Below are positions 1-8,698 of a stretch of 32,000 nucleotides of DNA, piece after piece (position 1 is the first letter of the stretch; each line of letters starts with the position of its first letter). A program made the translations under genes and the position numbers. The DNA comes from Alphaproteobacteria bacterium (GTDB lineage: Bacteria; Pseudomonadota; Alphaproteobacteria; Rs-D84), in the NCBI GenBank assembly GCA_017475605.1, contig JAFVFD010000004.1, positions 1 to 32,000 on the forward strand, given 5' to 3'. Below the pieces are notes generated by a model, which saw nothing but the letters and a program-made list of their open reading frames with translations, did not search any database and was not told the DNA's origin.

Positions 1-153
1 AAACGAAGTTTTTGTGGGCGTATGCCCACACAGGCACGCATGACCAATACGCAGATAAACAATTAGCAAACCCGCAAAAACGGATATGGTTAATAGAGTT
101 TTTGCATCTGGGTTTGGTTATTGTTTATCAAGGGGCGATGGCCCTGCCAAAAT

Positions 154-179
154 AAAAACCACCCGTCTGGGTGGTTTTT
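154..179 (-). terminator. Rho-independent terminator after the 183..572 gene (symmetric hairpin, could act in both directions)
   Basis: CCACCC-gtct-GGGTGG stem-loop at 159..174. On the minus strand it is followed by TTTTTATTTT and starts 4 nt after the stop codon at 183..185. Confidence 0.6.
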
Positions 180-182
180 ATT

Positions 183-572
183 TTACAATACTTTATAACC
201 GGCACGATTTGCCGCGTCCTTGAATGCCCCCCAACTATCAGCATCGCCCGGCATTGGTTCACCCCAATTGGTATTCACCACAAAAACAACACCATCTGCG
301 GATGTTATGGGACGGTCCATATTAAAACGCATTTTTTTGTTTTCAGGCACATCGTCCACCCGCATAACACAATCGTTTTGATATCCGCGACCCGTTTCAT
401 CACCATTACGGACATCACCAAAGATTTCCATAATTTCCCCATATATATGTTTACCGGCAAAAGCCTTTAATACATAAAAGACCACTTCTGATTTAAATAA
501 CATTTTACTGTCCCGCGGAAATGTTGAACCGTCTGGATAGACCATTTTATGCTGACGCACGCGTTCTGTCAT
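183..572 (-). CDS. Hypothetical protein, about 129 aa from the Met preceded by AAGGA (ORF open to 620; alternative start at 545)
   Basis: ORF track 183..620. The internal Met at 572 (MTERVRQHK...) has AAGGAT 9 nt upstream. It overlaps or abuts the stop (547..549) of the upstream co-oriented gene. No recognisable motif. Confidence 0.5.
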   Translation of the reverse strand: MTERVRQHKMVYPDGSTFPRDSKMLFKSEVVFYVLKAFAGKHIYGEIMEIFGDVRNGDETGRGYQNDCVMRVDDVPENKKMRFNMDRPITSADGVVFVVNTNWGEPMPGDADSWGAFKDAANRAGYKVL

Positions 573-1170
573 GGGTATTATCCTTTTGATTATTTTTGGT
601 TCTGTCCTGCCACAAGACATAATCTATTTTTTTAATATCTGAAACTTTTTCATTTGGGAACCGGGCATCAAAGGCGCGAATAATATTCTGACCTTCGTCC
701 GATTTCATATATTTGGCAAACCGTTTACAGTAATCGTTATAAGTGTTCACAATAATATTTACATCTTTAATGCCGTACAGTTTCCGCATTCCAAAATGTT
801 GTTTATTTGTTGCAACAACGGAATCCCATATCGGGGACCGATCGGGATATATCACATGTAACAATTTACTGGCAAAAGAAACCTCTGAACGATTGCTAAA
901 TGCCGACACCATTGCAAAAACATCAGCAAAAGATAAATCTTTTTCATATTTGATTCGTTCCAACAAATCAAAATATTTATCTATAAAATCTTGGGTACAA
1001 AACCGCGTAGAAAGCACAAAAAAATCTTGATACTTTTGTTTATATTCTGCCGATTTAGAAACATCAATTTTTCTAAGGTTTTCTATACAATATTTGTATT
1101 CGGTACGCTTTGTTTCCCCTTTGCGACTGCCTAACTTATCCATTATTGTATCAATACTGGTTATTATCAT
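547..1170 (-). CDS. Hypothetical protein, 207 aa
   Basis: Long ORF co-oriented and coupled with 183..572. It contains SFASKLLHVIYPDRSPIWDSVV, which I cannot assign to a named family. Confidence 0.55.
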   Translation of the reverse strand: MIITSIDTIMDKLGSRKGETKRTEYKYCIENLRKIDVSKSAEYKQKYQDFFVLSTRFCTQDFIDKYFDLLERIKYEKDLSFADVFAMVSAFSNRSEVSFASKLLHVIYPDRSPIWDSVVATNKQHFGMRKLYGIKDVNIIVNTYNDYCKRFAKYMKSDEGQNIIRAFDARFPNEKVSDIKKIDYVLWQDRTKNNQKDNTHDRTRASA

Positions 1171-1228
1171 ATTGTGTTTCCTTTCCTGTACTGTGGCACA
1201 ATCTTGTCCTGTTCGGCAAGTATATAAT

Positions 1229-1258
1229 TTGACAATTGCGACCGGTGCGTTCTATAAT
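1229..1258 (+). promoter_or_regulatory. Near-consensus sigma70 promoter (TTGACA-18 nt-TATAAT)
   Basis: TTGACA at 1229..1234 and TATAAT at 1253..1258. The predicted transcription start falls at about 1265-1266, on the ATG of the 39-aa lipoprotein ORF and 127 nt before tRNA-Leu. Confidence 0.55.
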
Positions 1259-1265
1259 ACGCGGT

Positions 1266-1385
1266 ATGAAGAAGTTATTTATCGGATTTTTAATTGTATT
1301 ATCACTGGCGGTGGCCGGATGCGGTGTAAAGACAAGCCTTGATCACCCAAGCCCATCGTACCCACGCGCATATCCGGTGCATTAA
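1266..1385 (+). CDS. Mini-lipoprotein, 39 aa (LptM/YifL-like lipoprotein-attachment-site peptide)
   Basis: Hand translation gives MKKLFIGFLIVLSLAVAGCGVKTSLDHPSPSYPRAYPVH. It has a textbook lipoprotein signal with lipobox LAVAG|C followed by GCGVK..L..P. It is below the 60-aa cutoff of the ORF track. No SD, consistent with a leaderless transcript. Confidence 0.55.
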   Translation: MKKLFIGFLIVLSLAVAGCGVKTSLDHPSPSYPRAYPVH

Positions 1386-1392
1386 ACATTCT

Positions 1393-1477
<85 letters not shown>

Positions 1478-1553
1478 ATTTACCTTGTTATTGCGAACGA
1501 AGTGAAGCAATCTGTATATCGTCTGACGGCTTTTCACAATGACAAAAAAATAC

Positions 1554-1582
1554 TTGCAATTTGGCGATTTATAACCTAATAT
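1554..1582 (+). promoter_or_regulatory. Putative sigma70 promoter of rpmG (TTGCAA-17 nt-TAATAT)
   Basis: TTGCAA at 1554..1559 and TAATAT at 1577..1582, about 30 nt upstream of the rpmG ATG. Confidence 0.45.
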
Positions 1583-1612
1583 TCAACGCAGTATTAATCA
1601 AAGGGCAAAAAA

Positions 1613-1792
1613 ATGGCATCTAAAAAAGGCAGCAAAGAAGTTATCAAGCTGGAAAACAAAGAAACCGGCTATTACTATACAACAACAAAAAATACCAAGT
1701 CGGAAAATACCGCCGGCAAAATGAAAATGCGTAAATACGATCCAAAGGTTCGTAAACACGTTGTCATGACCGAAGGTAAAATGTCCCACTAA
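1613..1792 (+). CDS. rpmG: 50S ribosomal protein L33, 59 aa
   Basis: Hand translation gives MASKKGSKEVIKLENKETGYYYTTTKNTKSENTAGKMKMRKYDPKVRKHVVMTEGKMSH, with the L33 hallmark ...YYTT.KN......K...RKYDP.VRKHV...E.K. Missed by the ORF track (<60 aa), which lists only the antisense ORF 1598..1789. Confidence 0.9.
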   Translation: MASKKGSKEVIKLENKETGYYYTTTKNTKSENTAGKMKMRKYDPKVRKHVVMTEGKMSH

Positions 1793-1830
1793 CTGGTTGT
1801 TGGTTGCAAGTTACTGGTTATAAGTTATTA

Positions 1831-1857
1831 AAACGGGTGCAATTGCACCCGTTTTTA
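1831..1857. terminator. Bidirectional rho-independent terminator shared by rpmG and the convergent lipoprotein gene
   Basis: ACGGGTGC-aatt-GCACCCGT hairpin at 1833..1852, flanked by an A-run and a T-run. Confidence 0.7.
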
Positions 1858-2232
1858 TTTATGATTTACTGGCACAACCACATTGCTTGGATACGTACAA
1901 ACATTGCCCGTTGCCGCATCAACCGCCAAACCGATTAAACCGCCAAATATAATATTACCAAAAACCCACCCATTAACTTGTGAGTCCGCGACCGCATAAG
2001 ACATTCGCGTTTTTTTGTCTTCTACGACTTGCACTTGAATATCTTTACATGATTTTGGGACGCTCATCATAGTTGGCAACATCATCGTTTGAGTGCCTGC
2101 TTTTGTCGTAATCTGGGCTTTGACATTGGAACCATCACTGGTCATAAAATTTATAGTATCCGGACCACCATCAACAATAGTCGCACAAGAACACAAACTT
2201 ATTAAAGACACACTAAGAAATATTTTTTTCAT
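1855..2232 (-). CDS. Putative lipoprotein, 125 aa, with glycine-zipper-like C-terminus
   Basis: ORF track 1855..2280. The Met at 2232 (MKKIFLSVSLISLCSC...) is preceded by GGAGA. It has a signal peptide with a Cys-containing lipobox-like LCSC. The C-terminus reads GWVFGNIIFGGLIGLAVDAATG. Confidence 0.6.
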   Translation of the reverse strand: MKKIFLSVSLISLCSCATIVDGGPDTINFMTSDGSNVKAQITTKAGTQTMMLPTMMSVPKSCKDIQVQVVEDKKTRMSYAVADSQVNGWVFGNIIFGGLIGLAVDAATGNVCTYPSNVVVPVNHK

Positions 2233-2596
2233 TGTTATTCTCCTAGTTTTAATATTTAACAAAAAACCACCAGAAGACATCAGGTGGTTGGAGTTTGAAC
2301 ACTATACTAGAAGAAATAGCGTGTGTTATTCTATATATTCCACACCCTCCAACCAGTGTTGGAGTTTTTCGTCTGTTCCAGACGCTTCTAGCAAGGGTGT
2401 TCAAGCCCATCAACAGAATACCTATTGACAAAGGAATTATAACATAAATACCCATATTATCAAATAAATTATATTATCATCTGTCGTCATACCGGCGGAT
2501 GCCGGTATCCAGTTGGCGCTTTGCGCCAACTTGTTTCTTTTTCGACCTGTAAATTTGTTTTTACAAACCAGATTTCGACATCCATCGGAACGACGA

Positions 2597-2623
2597 CAAA
2601 AAACCGCCCGAAAGGGCGGTTTT
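2597..2623 (-). terminator. Rho-independent terminator of parC
   Basis: CCGCCC-gaaa-GGGCGG hairpin. On the minus strand it is followed by TTTTTTGTCGTCG, about 30 nt after the parC stop. Confidence 0.7.
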
Positions 2624-2652
2624 GCTAATCACTAATATCTTACAATTAATAA

Positions 2653-4890
2653 CTATTTTCCAAACTTTCCGCTGCGGGGGAAACCAACTGGAATGGTGCG
2701 GCCCTGGCTGGCGCGCTTGCCGAACCATGGGGTAAAATCGTCCAACTTTGTTGTGCCACGACCCGTTGTCCAACCAAACCCGTCCGCCATATTAAAGAAC
2801 ATCGCATCCAAAACATATGTGCGTTCGGCATTATATTTCTGTAATATAACCCCCTTGCCCCGCGACATTTCTGGAATCTCGGATGCTGGGAATATCAGCA
2901 ATTTATCATTTGACCCCGAAAACGCAACCGTATCGCCCGCAACATCCACACACAAAATTGCCGGGTTCTTGTCGTCAACATTCATAATCTGTTTGCCGTT
3001 CTTGGTCTGGGCCAAGCAATTTTCACCAGACACAATAAAACCGGTCCCATGACGTGCAACAAGCAGATACTTTGCATTCGTATCCAGAACAAATGCGCGC
3101 ACAATATTTTCATCCGCGCCAATATCCGCCATCATACGTACAGATTCACCAAAACCACGCGCCGATGGCAAATCATTTGCGGCCAACGTAAACATTTTTC
3201 CGTTTGATGCAAATATATTGATTTTATCGGTCGACATCGCATGGAAAGCGGACAACAACTCGTCGCCTTCTTTAAACTTCATATCCAAATTGTTCAAATC
3301 CAGGTGGCCCTTGGCCGCGCGTATCCAACCCATTGTAGACAAGATAATGGTAAGTGGTTCTTTTTCAATAAATTCGTCCGCGTTCACGACAATTTCTTCG
3401 GTCTGTTCCGCCCATGTCGTGCGACGACGACCCAGTGCGGTTTTTTTATCATAACGTTTTTTAATGTCGTTGAACCATGCCTTTAATTGATTATTCTGCA
3501 TATCGGGCGATGCCAACAAATCTTGTAAATCTTTTTGTTCTTTCTTTAATTCGGCATCTTCGCGACGAATTTCCATTTCTTCTAATTTCCGCAAAGAACG
3601 CAGGCGCGTATTCAATATTGCCTCGACCTGAACCTCGGTTAATTTAAATTCAGCCATCAAGACAGCCTTGGCATCGTCTTCTGTTCTGATGATTTCAATT
3701 ACCCGATCAAGGTTCAGATATACAATCAACAAACCGCCCAATATTTCCAGTCTGCGTGTGATATTCCCCAGTCGCCAATTTGTGCGACGAATCAAAACAT
3801 TTTTCTGGTGCGCGATAAATTCACGCAACACATCACCAATGCCCATTACGCGTGGCGCACCCTTGGAATCAATCACATTAAAGTTCATATTGAACTTGTA
3901 TTCCAAATCGGTCATCGCGAATAAATGCGCCATCAGTTTTTCCGGCGGCACATTACGCGTTTTTGGTGTAATCACAATGCGCACATCAGTTGTTGATTCA
4001 TCAACAATATCATCGACCAGTGGCAATTTTTTCGCATCAATCAGGCCCGCTATTTGTTCCACCAACTTTGATTTAATTAACCCATATGGTATTTCAGTTA
4101 TTGCGATTTGATATCCGCCACGTTCCAGTTCTTCGACCGTCCAGCGCGCGCGAATACGAAATGCGCCACGTCCGGTATCATAAATCTTACAAATAGTGTC
4201 AAAATTATCGATTAAAACACCGCCAGTTGGAAAATCAGGTCCCACCAATTTTTTCATAATTTGCGATGTTGTCGCATCTGGCTTATCCACCACCAAATTC
4301 AACGCATCGCATATTTCCGCAACATTGTGCGTCGGAATATTTGTTGCCATACCAACCGCAATACCCATACCGCCGTTTGCCAACAGGTTTGGAAATGCCC
4401 CCGGCATAACAGTTGGTTCAACCGTCGTGCCATCAAAGTTCGGCATCATATCAACGCTGTCTTCGTCAATGCCTTCCATAATTAACATGGCGGCATCGGT
4501 CATTTTTGATTCTGTATAACGGTATGCAGCCTGGGGGTCGCCATCGATATTACCAAAGTTCCCCTGGCCATCAATTAATGGATAGCGCACAGAAAAATCC
4601 TGGGCCAAACGCACCATGGCATCATAAACAGATGAATCACCATGCGGATGGTAATGCCCCAACACATCACCTACGACGGTCGCACATTTACGAAACGCGG
4701 CCGATGGCGATAATTTTTGCCGCAACATAGAAAACAAAATACGGCGATGTACAGGTTTTAACCCATCACGCACATCGGGCAACGCACGCGATACAATCGT
4801 TGAAACGGCATACGATAAATAGCGTTCCGAAATCGCATCGGACAACTGTTGTGAATCAATTCTTTCGACAAAAGCAGTATTTTTTGACAT
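2653..4890 (-). CDS. parC: DNA topoisomerase IV subunit A, 745 aa
   Basis: GyrA/ParC N-terminal signature: [63 protein letters not shown] (catalytic Tyr). The 745-aa length and GNFGNIDGD fit ParC rather than the longer GyrA. Confidence 0.85.
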   Translation of the reverse strand: MSKNTAFVERIDSQQLSDAISERYLSYAVSTIVSRALPDVRDGLKPVHRRILFSMLRQKLSPSAAFRKCATVVGDVLGHYHPHGDSSVYDAMVRLAQDFSVRYPLIDGQGNFGNIDGDPQAAYRYTESKMTDAAMLIMEGIDEDSVDMMPNFDGTTVEPTVMPGAFPNLLANGGMGIAVGMATNIPTHNVAEICDALNLVVDKPDATTSQIMKKLVGPDFPTGGVLIDNFDTICKIYDTGRGAFRIRARWTVEELERGGYQIAITEIPYGLIKSKLVEQIAGLIDAKKLPLVDDIVDESTTDVRIVITPKTRNVPPEKLMAHLFAMTDLEYKFNMNFNVIDSKGAPRVMGIGDVLREFIAHQKNVLIRRTNWRLGNITRRLEILGGLLIVYLNLDRVIEIIRTEDDAKAVLMAEFKLTEVQVEAILNTRLRSLRKLEEMEIRREDAELKKEQKDLQDLLASPDMQNNQLKAWFNDIKKRYDKKTALGRRRTTWAEQTEEIVVNADEFIEKEPLTIILSTMGWIRAAKGHLDLNNLDMKFKEGDELLSAFHAMSTDKINIFASNGKMFTLAANDLPSARGFGESVRMMADIGADENIVRAFVLDTNAKYLLVARHGTGFIVSGENCLAQTKNGKQIMNVDDKNPAILCVDVAGDTVAFSGSNDKLLIFPASEIPEMSRGKGVILQKYNAERTYVLDAMFFNMADGFGWTTGRGTTKLDDFTPWFGKRASQGRTIPVGFPRSGKFGK

Positions 4891-4998
4891 ATTCTAATCT
4901 TATTTTTACCCATAAAACTTAAAACATTACAAAAAAAATAACAACAGAAAAAAACAACAAAAATTAACAAAAAGTACGAAAAAAGGAATCTTTTTCAC

Positions 4999-5026
4999 TT
5001 GACACTTTTACACATTTGTATATATT
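4999..5026 (+). promoter_or_regulatory. Putative sigma70 promoter (TTGACA-16 nt-TATATT) upstream of the 5204 gene
   Basis: TTGACA at 4999..5004 and TATATT at 5021..5026. This would give a leader of about 170 nt. Confidence 0.35.
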
Positions 5027-5203
5027 GTATATACAAAACTGTTGGTTCCCTGATATTTGGGGCGGGCTGCCGAAGAAAGAATTGTGGCAAGCCGGGGCGG
5101 CGCAGATATAAAGTCGTCTGAATGTACGTAGCGTTTTTTCGCAACGGGCCAATCCAAAATTAACAAAAGCAATTTCTTATTGCGCAAGAAAGAAGGGAAC
5201 AAA

Positions 5204-5968
5204 ATGTCTGTAAAAACAACTCTTCCTGCTATTTTTGCCGGCCTTACGGTTATTTTGACCGCGTCAAATTACAGGGTTAAACCTACATGCAAACAATCAA
5301 ATTTACAAAAACCATTAATGTCACTACAAAGCATTGATGCATTACGTGTCCACTTTGATACCAGCGTTCATCAACATGACACTATATTACATGCCCAACA
5401 ACTTCCCGGATATATTATGGCGACACGAATTAAGCCACATGTTGTTGAAACAACGGCAATAAAAAATGGTGTACGATATGTTATGAGTAATGGCGACCAT
5501 ATTGAACGCCGCGGCGGCACAATCGCATGGCGCAACAACAACCCAGGCTGCATCCGCTATTCCGCCCACGCAGTTGAACTGGGGGCCACTGGCAAAGCCA
5601 ATGGTTTTGCGGTATTTCCAGATGAAGAAACCGGAACCCAGGCAATCGCATCATTGTTACGTTCAGATTCATATCTTAATTTAACCATCGGTGCAGCCAT
5701 AACGAAATATGCCCCACCACACGAAAACAATACTCAAAACTATATTAACAGCGTATGCAGAATGACTGGTTTGTCGAACAAACTAAGAATTTGTGATTTA
5801 AATTCTGAACAAATGGTCCACGTCGTTAACGCAATTCGCACAATAGAAGGCTGGCGCGAAGGAACCGAAACAACCACAGTGGCCAAAAAGCCTGATATTG
5901 ATTTTGATAAATATGCCAGGGCACTTAAATTAAAATCAAGTGCAAGATTATTGGAATACACATTATAA
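5204..5968 (+). CDS. Secreted or membrane-anchored protein of unknown function, 254 aa
   Basis: ORF track 5180..5968. The Met at 5204 (MSVKTTLPAIFAGLTVILTAS) has GAAGGGA 5 nt upstream. It has an N-terminal hydrophobic signal/anchor and a conserved-looking core GGTIAWRNNNPGCIRY...FAVFPDEETG..A...LL....Y..LTIGAAITKYAPPHENNT..Y. Confidence 0.6.
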   Translation: MSVKTTLPAIFAGLTVILTASNYRVKPTCKQSNLQKPLMSLQSIDALRVHFDTSVHQHDTILHAQQLPGYIMATRIKPHVVETTAIKNGVRYVMSNGDHIERRGGTIAWRNNNPGCIRYSAHAVELGATGKANGFAVFPDEETGTQAIASLLRSDSYLNLTIGAAITKYAPPHENNTQNYINSVCRMTGLSNKLRICDLNSEQMVHVVNAIRTIEGWREGTETTTVAKKPDIDFDKYARALKLKSSARLLEYTL

Positions 5969-5994
5969 AAAACGCACCAAACGGTGCGTTTTTT
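5967..5994. terminator. Bidirectional terminator between the 5204 gene and zapA
   Basis: AACGCACC-aaac-GGTGCGTT hairpin flanked by AAAAA and TTTTTT. Confidence 0.7.
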
Positions 5995-6268
5995 AATTTA
6001 ACTTGTGTTTAATCTCTCGAATTCGGGCCAATATTTCACGCAAATCTGCATCTGACACAGATTGTACCGGGCGATTTTTTATTTCGTCCGCCATCACAAT
6101 ACACAATGTTGCCAACAATGAACTTTCCGGCAACGGCCCTATTTTATCCAATATTTCGCGGGCGCGTGCATCAACCATTTTCCCCAGTTCAATCAGGCGC
6201 GGTTCCTGGCCATCTTCGCACCCCATGGTATAATTTTTATTAACAATAGGTATTGATACAACACTCAT
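5993..6268 (-). CDS. zapA: Cell division protein ZapA, 91 aa
   Basis: The size and pattern are typical of ZapA: V.IPIVNKNYTMGCEDGQEPRLIELGKMVDARAREIL......ESSLLATLCIVMADEI. Confidence 0.6.
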   Translation of the reverse strand: MSVVSIPIVNKNYTMGCEDGQEPRLIELGKMVDARAREILDKIGPLPESSLLATLCIVMADEIKNRPVQSVSDADLREILARIREIKHKLN

Positions 6269-6474
6269 TGTAACTTCTTTAGTATACTCAACGACTTGTC
6301 TATCATATCGGTTGCGCGTTTATTCTTGTCGCGCAGGCTTTTTACCTGCTCGTTCAAAATTGCGACCTCTAAATCAGTCTGACGTCCAGCAACAACGGCC
6401 GCGCCACGCAGACACGATGCCGCCTCTTCCAGTGCGGTCAGTTCTTGAAAGATTTGTTGCTTGATATCTGACAT
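6265..6474 (-). CDS. Small coiled-coil protein translationally coupled to zapA, 69 aa (resembles the DUF4164-type gene that precedes zapA in Alphaproteobacteria)
   Basis: ATGA overlap with zapA (6265..6268). The sequence is heptad-like and charged. The family assignment is from memory of the synteny only. Confidence 0.45.
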   Translation of the reverse strand: MSDIKQQIFQELTALEEAASCLRGAAVVAGRQTDLEVAILNEQVKSLRDKNKRATDMIDKSLSILKKLQ

Positions 6475-6543
6475 ACTGCCATTTTACGATATTTTTTATA
6501 TGCGTTCAACCCCAAAATGTGATATAATGCGCGCATAAGGGTC

Positions 6544-7542
6544 ATGGGGTTTGGGGACATGAAAACAAAAATCATTTATATTTCGGGTTCTGAAGTTTTT
6601 GATATGGCGGACATTCGGGCCGCCTTTGATACGGTGCGTGAAACACTGGGATTGGATAACGACACAATCTTGTTCGGTGTTCCGGTTGATGCCGATAATG
6701 CTTTTGAAAACAATGCGGAACAACCACAACCAAAAGAAGCGCCTGTTGTTGTGCCGGTTGATATCGCACCAATTACAAATGATACAGAACCGGTTGCGAC
6801 CCCTGACATTACAGAAGAAGAACCAGTTGAAAAGCCAAAACGCACCACGCGTCGCGCCGCGGCCAAGGTTGTGCCAATCACATCCGCGAAGTCTGAACCG
6901 GAAACTTCCGCAACCAAACAACAAACAAAAGAAGCCAAACCTGATGAACCGGCAATTCCTATCCTGTCTGTATTGGGTGCAAAACCTGATTCAGACGAAG
7001 AAACAAATGTTCCAAGCATCAATGAAACTATTGATACCGCGTCAACAGATGTTGCGCCGGAAAACACTGTGTCCAAGGCAGCATCAATCATTGATCCCGA
7101 CACACAAATGGTTTCAATAGCCGATATGTTGGCGGACGATGATGTACCGGTTGAACCGGGCGAAAAAACACTGGAAGATTTATTAGAAAGTATGCCATCA
7201 TTGGCCGCAGATGAAAAATCGATTTCCACCCCCATTGTGGAACCGGAACCAGAAATTGAACTTGATTCGACCCCGGTGGAAAAATCGGAACCCACCGATG
7301 ATACAGATGCGACATTGGAATTACTGGCTGCGGAATTCGCAGAATCAGAAGATAAAATCGTTACCCCGACCAAGACAGAAACACGCGGAAAAATTGGAAA
7401 ACTCAAAAACATTTTGCCTTTTAAAAAGGCCAAACGCGATGATTCCGGTATAATGGGCGACCTTTTTGGTTGGGCGGGCGTTGCCAATGATGAAGATTTC
7501 ACGATACCTGGATTTTTCGCCAACGCATCATCTAAAAAATAA
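6544..7542 (+). CDS. Acidic, Pro/Glu/Thr-rich low-complexity protein, 332 aa (start may be 6559)
   Basis: It has a globular N-terminus (KIIYISGSEVFDMADIRAAFDTVRETLGL), a long acidic disordered middle, and a basic/aromatic C-terminus (GKIGKLKNILPFKKAKR...GDLFGWAG). It lies 3 nt upstream of the next co-oriented gene. The antisense ORF 6576..7523 is judged spurious. Confidence 0.55.
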   Translation: MGFGDMKTKIIYISGSEVFDMADIRAAFDTVRETLGLDNDTILFGVPVDADNAFENNAEQPQPKEAPVVVPVDIAPITNDTEPVATPDITEEEPVEKPKRTTRRAAAKVVPITSAKSEPETSATKQQTKEAKPDEPAIPILSVLGAKPDSDEETNVPSINETIDTASTDVAPENTVSKAASIIDPDTQMVSIADMLADDDVPVEPGEKTLEDLLESMPSLAADEKSISTPIVEPEPEIELDSTPVEKSEPTDDTDATLELLAAEFAESEDKIVTPTKTETRGKIGKLKNILPFKKAKRDDSGIMGDLFGWAGVANDEDFTIPGFFANASSKK

Positions 7543-7544
7543 AA

Positions 7545-8015
7545 ATGAACACCGCTGAAATAGTACGATTATTGAAAAATTCTGGCATACGCGTGTTGGG
7601 CGCGGATTCCACATCTGTCTATGTCGAAGACCCATCTTGTATATTACGTGGATTTGAAACATTTATTGAATATGCGTGGGCCATTATCGCAATTGTTACA
7701 GGTGTATTATTATTAGGGTGGGCAATATCCCTTATTCGTGGTGCGAAAAACAATATAACAACCAATTTACGCAATTTGTTTTTAATGTTGATGACACTTA
7801 CCATGGCTGGTCCGATTGTAAATGTTATCTATGGTGGCGATGTGTTCGGTGCGGGGTGTAAAACAATTGCGGTATCAATGGACGATTTGAACACACTATT
7901 AGATGCCCGCCACAAAAAAATGTCTAAACGCAGTGGCGATTTATACGAAGATTTCCAAATCTATGATTCAGGCGCGATACAATCTGTAAGTATTGATGAA
8001 GAAGTTTTACAATAA
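7545..8015 (+). CDS. Membrane protein of unknown function, 156 aa
   Basis: Two predicted TM helices (YAWAIIAIVTGVLLLGWAISLI and LFLMLMTLTMAGPIVNVIYG). It is tightly coupled to 6544..7542. Confidence 0.55.
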   Translation: MNTAEIVRLLKNSGIRVLGADSTSVYVEDPSCILRGFETFIEYAWAIIAIVTGVLLLGWAISLIRGAKNNITTNLRNLFLMLMTLTMAGPIVNVIYGGDVFGAGCKTIAVSMDDLNTLLDARHKKMSKRSGDLYEDFQIYDSGAIQSVSIDEEVLQ

Positions 8016-8684
8016 GTGTAATTGGCGCGCCGAATATACAATATCGTTCGACACAACAATATGATCATATAATTCTATATTTAATCCCGCCAACACAGAC
8101 ATTACGTGTTTTGTTATTTCAATATCATCATTTGAAAAGGAATTATCTGACGCGGGGTGATTATGTACCATTACAATTGAACGCGCATTTTGTTCCAATG
8201 CGCGACGCGCTATTTCACGTGGATAAACTGCGCTGCTGTCAACAGTACCTGTGGTATGTATTTCATCACTAATCAACTTCAAATTATTATCAAGATAGAA
8301 TATATGTAATTCTTCGACCGATTTACCAGTCATTATTATACGACAATAATTATGTAATATTGTTTCGTTGTGAAATATCGGCGTGTCTTTCATTTGCCCC
8401 TTGTAATTTATGGTCATCATCTGCTGAACCAGTTTAAGAAAAATCGCTGTATTGCGCCCAACACCACGAACCGAAACTAATTCATCAATGGATGCAGACA
8501 AAACCTGATATACACCACCGAATTGTTTAACCAAACTGCGCGCCAATGGGCGCACATCGCGACGTGGTATTGCGTATGCCAAAAGTAATTCCAACTTTTC
8601 ATAGTCGGCTAATTGATTACTGACAAATTTGGCACGCAATCTGTCGCGATGACCGGCATAAAAGTTTTCGTCTTTATCCGGCAT
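8007..8684 (-). CDS. radC: RadC-family JAB/MPN domain protein, 225 aa
   Basis: N-terminal HhH (SIDELVSVRGVGRNTAIFLKLV) and a C-terminal JAB motif (IVMVHNHPASD.S.S..D...T). These are typical RadC features. Confidence 0.85.
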   Translation of the reverse strand: MPDKDENFYAGHRDRLRAKFVSNQLADYEKLELLLAYAIPRRDVRPLARSLVKQFGGVYQVLSASIDELVSVRGVGRNTAIFLKLVQQMMTINYKGQMKDTPIFHNETILHNYCRIIMTGKSVEELHIFYLDNNLKLISDEIHTTGTVDSSAVYPREIARRALEQNARSIVMVHNHPASDNSFSNDDIEITKHVMSVLAGLNIELYDHIVVSNDIVYSARQLHLL

Positions 8685-8698
8685 TTGCCCCCCCCCGC

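Noticed and set aside
1598-1789. 63-aa minus-strand ORF
   Set aside because: It is antisense to rpmG, whose 59-aa product matches L33 well.
5027-5203. Possible riboswitch (c-di-AMP / c-di-GMP class) in the leader of the exported-protein gene
   Set aside because: I could not match the conserved cores of ydaO-type or GEMM motifs by eye, and only generic stems are visible. It is kept only as a low-interest note pending an Rfam scan.
6576-7523. 315-aa minus-strand ORF (Ser/Gly/Ala-rich) antisense to the acidic protein gene
   Set aside because: It mirrors the low-complexity GA/GAA-rich coding strand. The plus-strand ORF has a globular N-terminus and is coupled (3-nt gap) to the next plus-strand gene. 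The antisense ORF has no SD and no operon logic.
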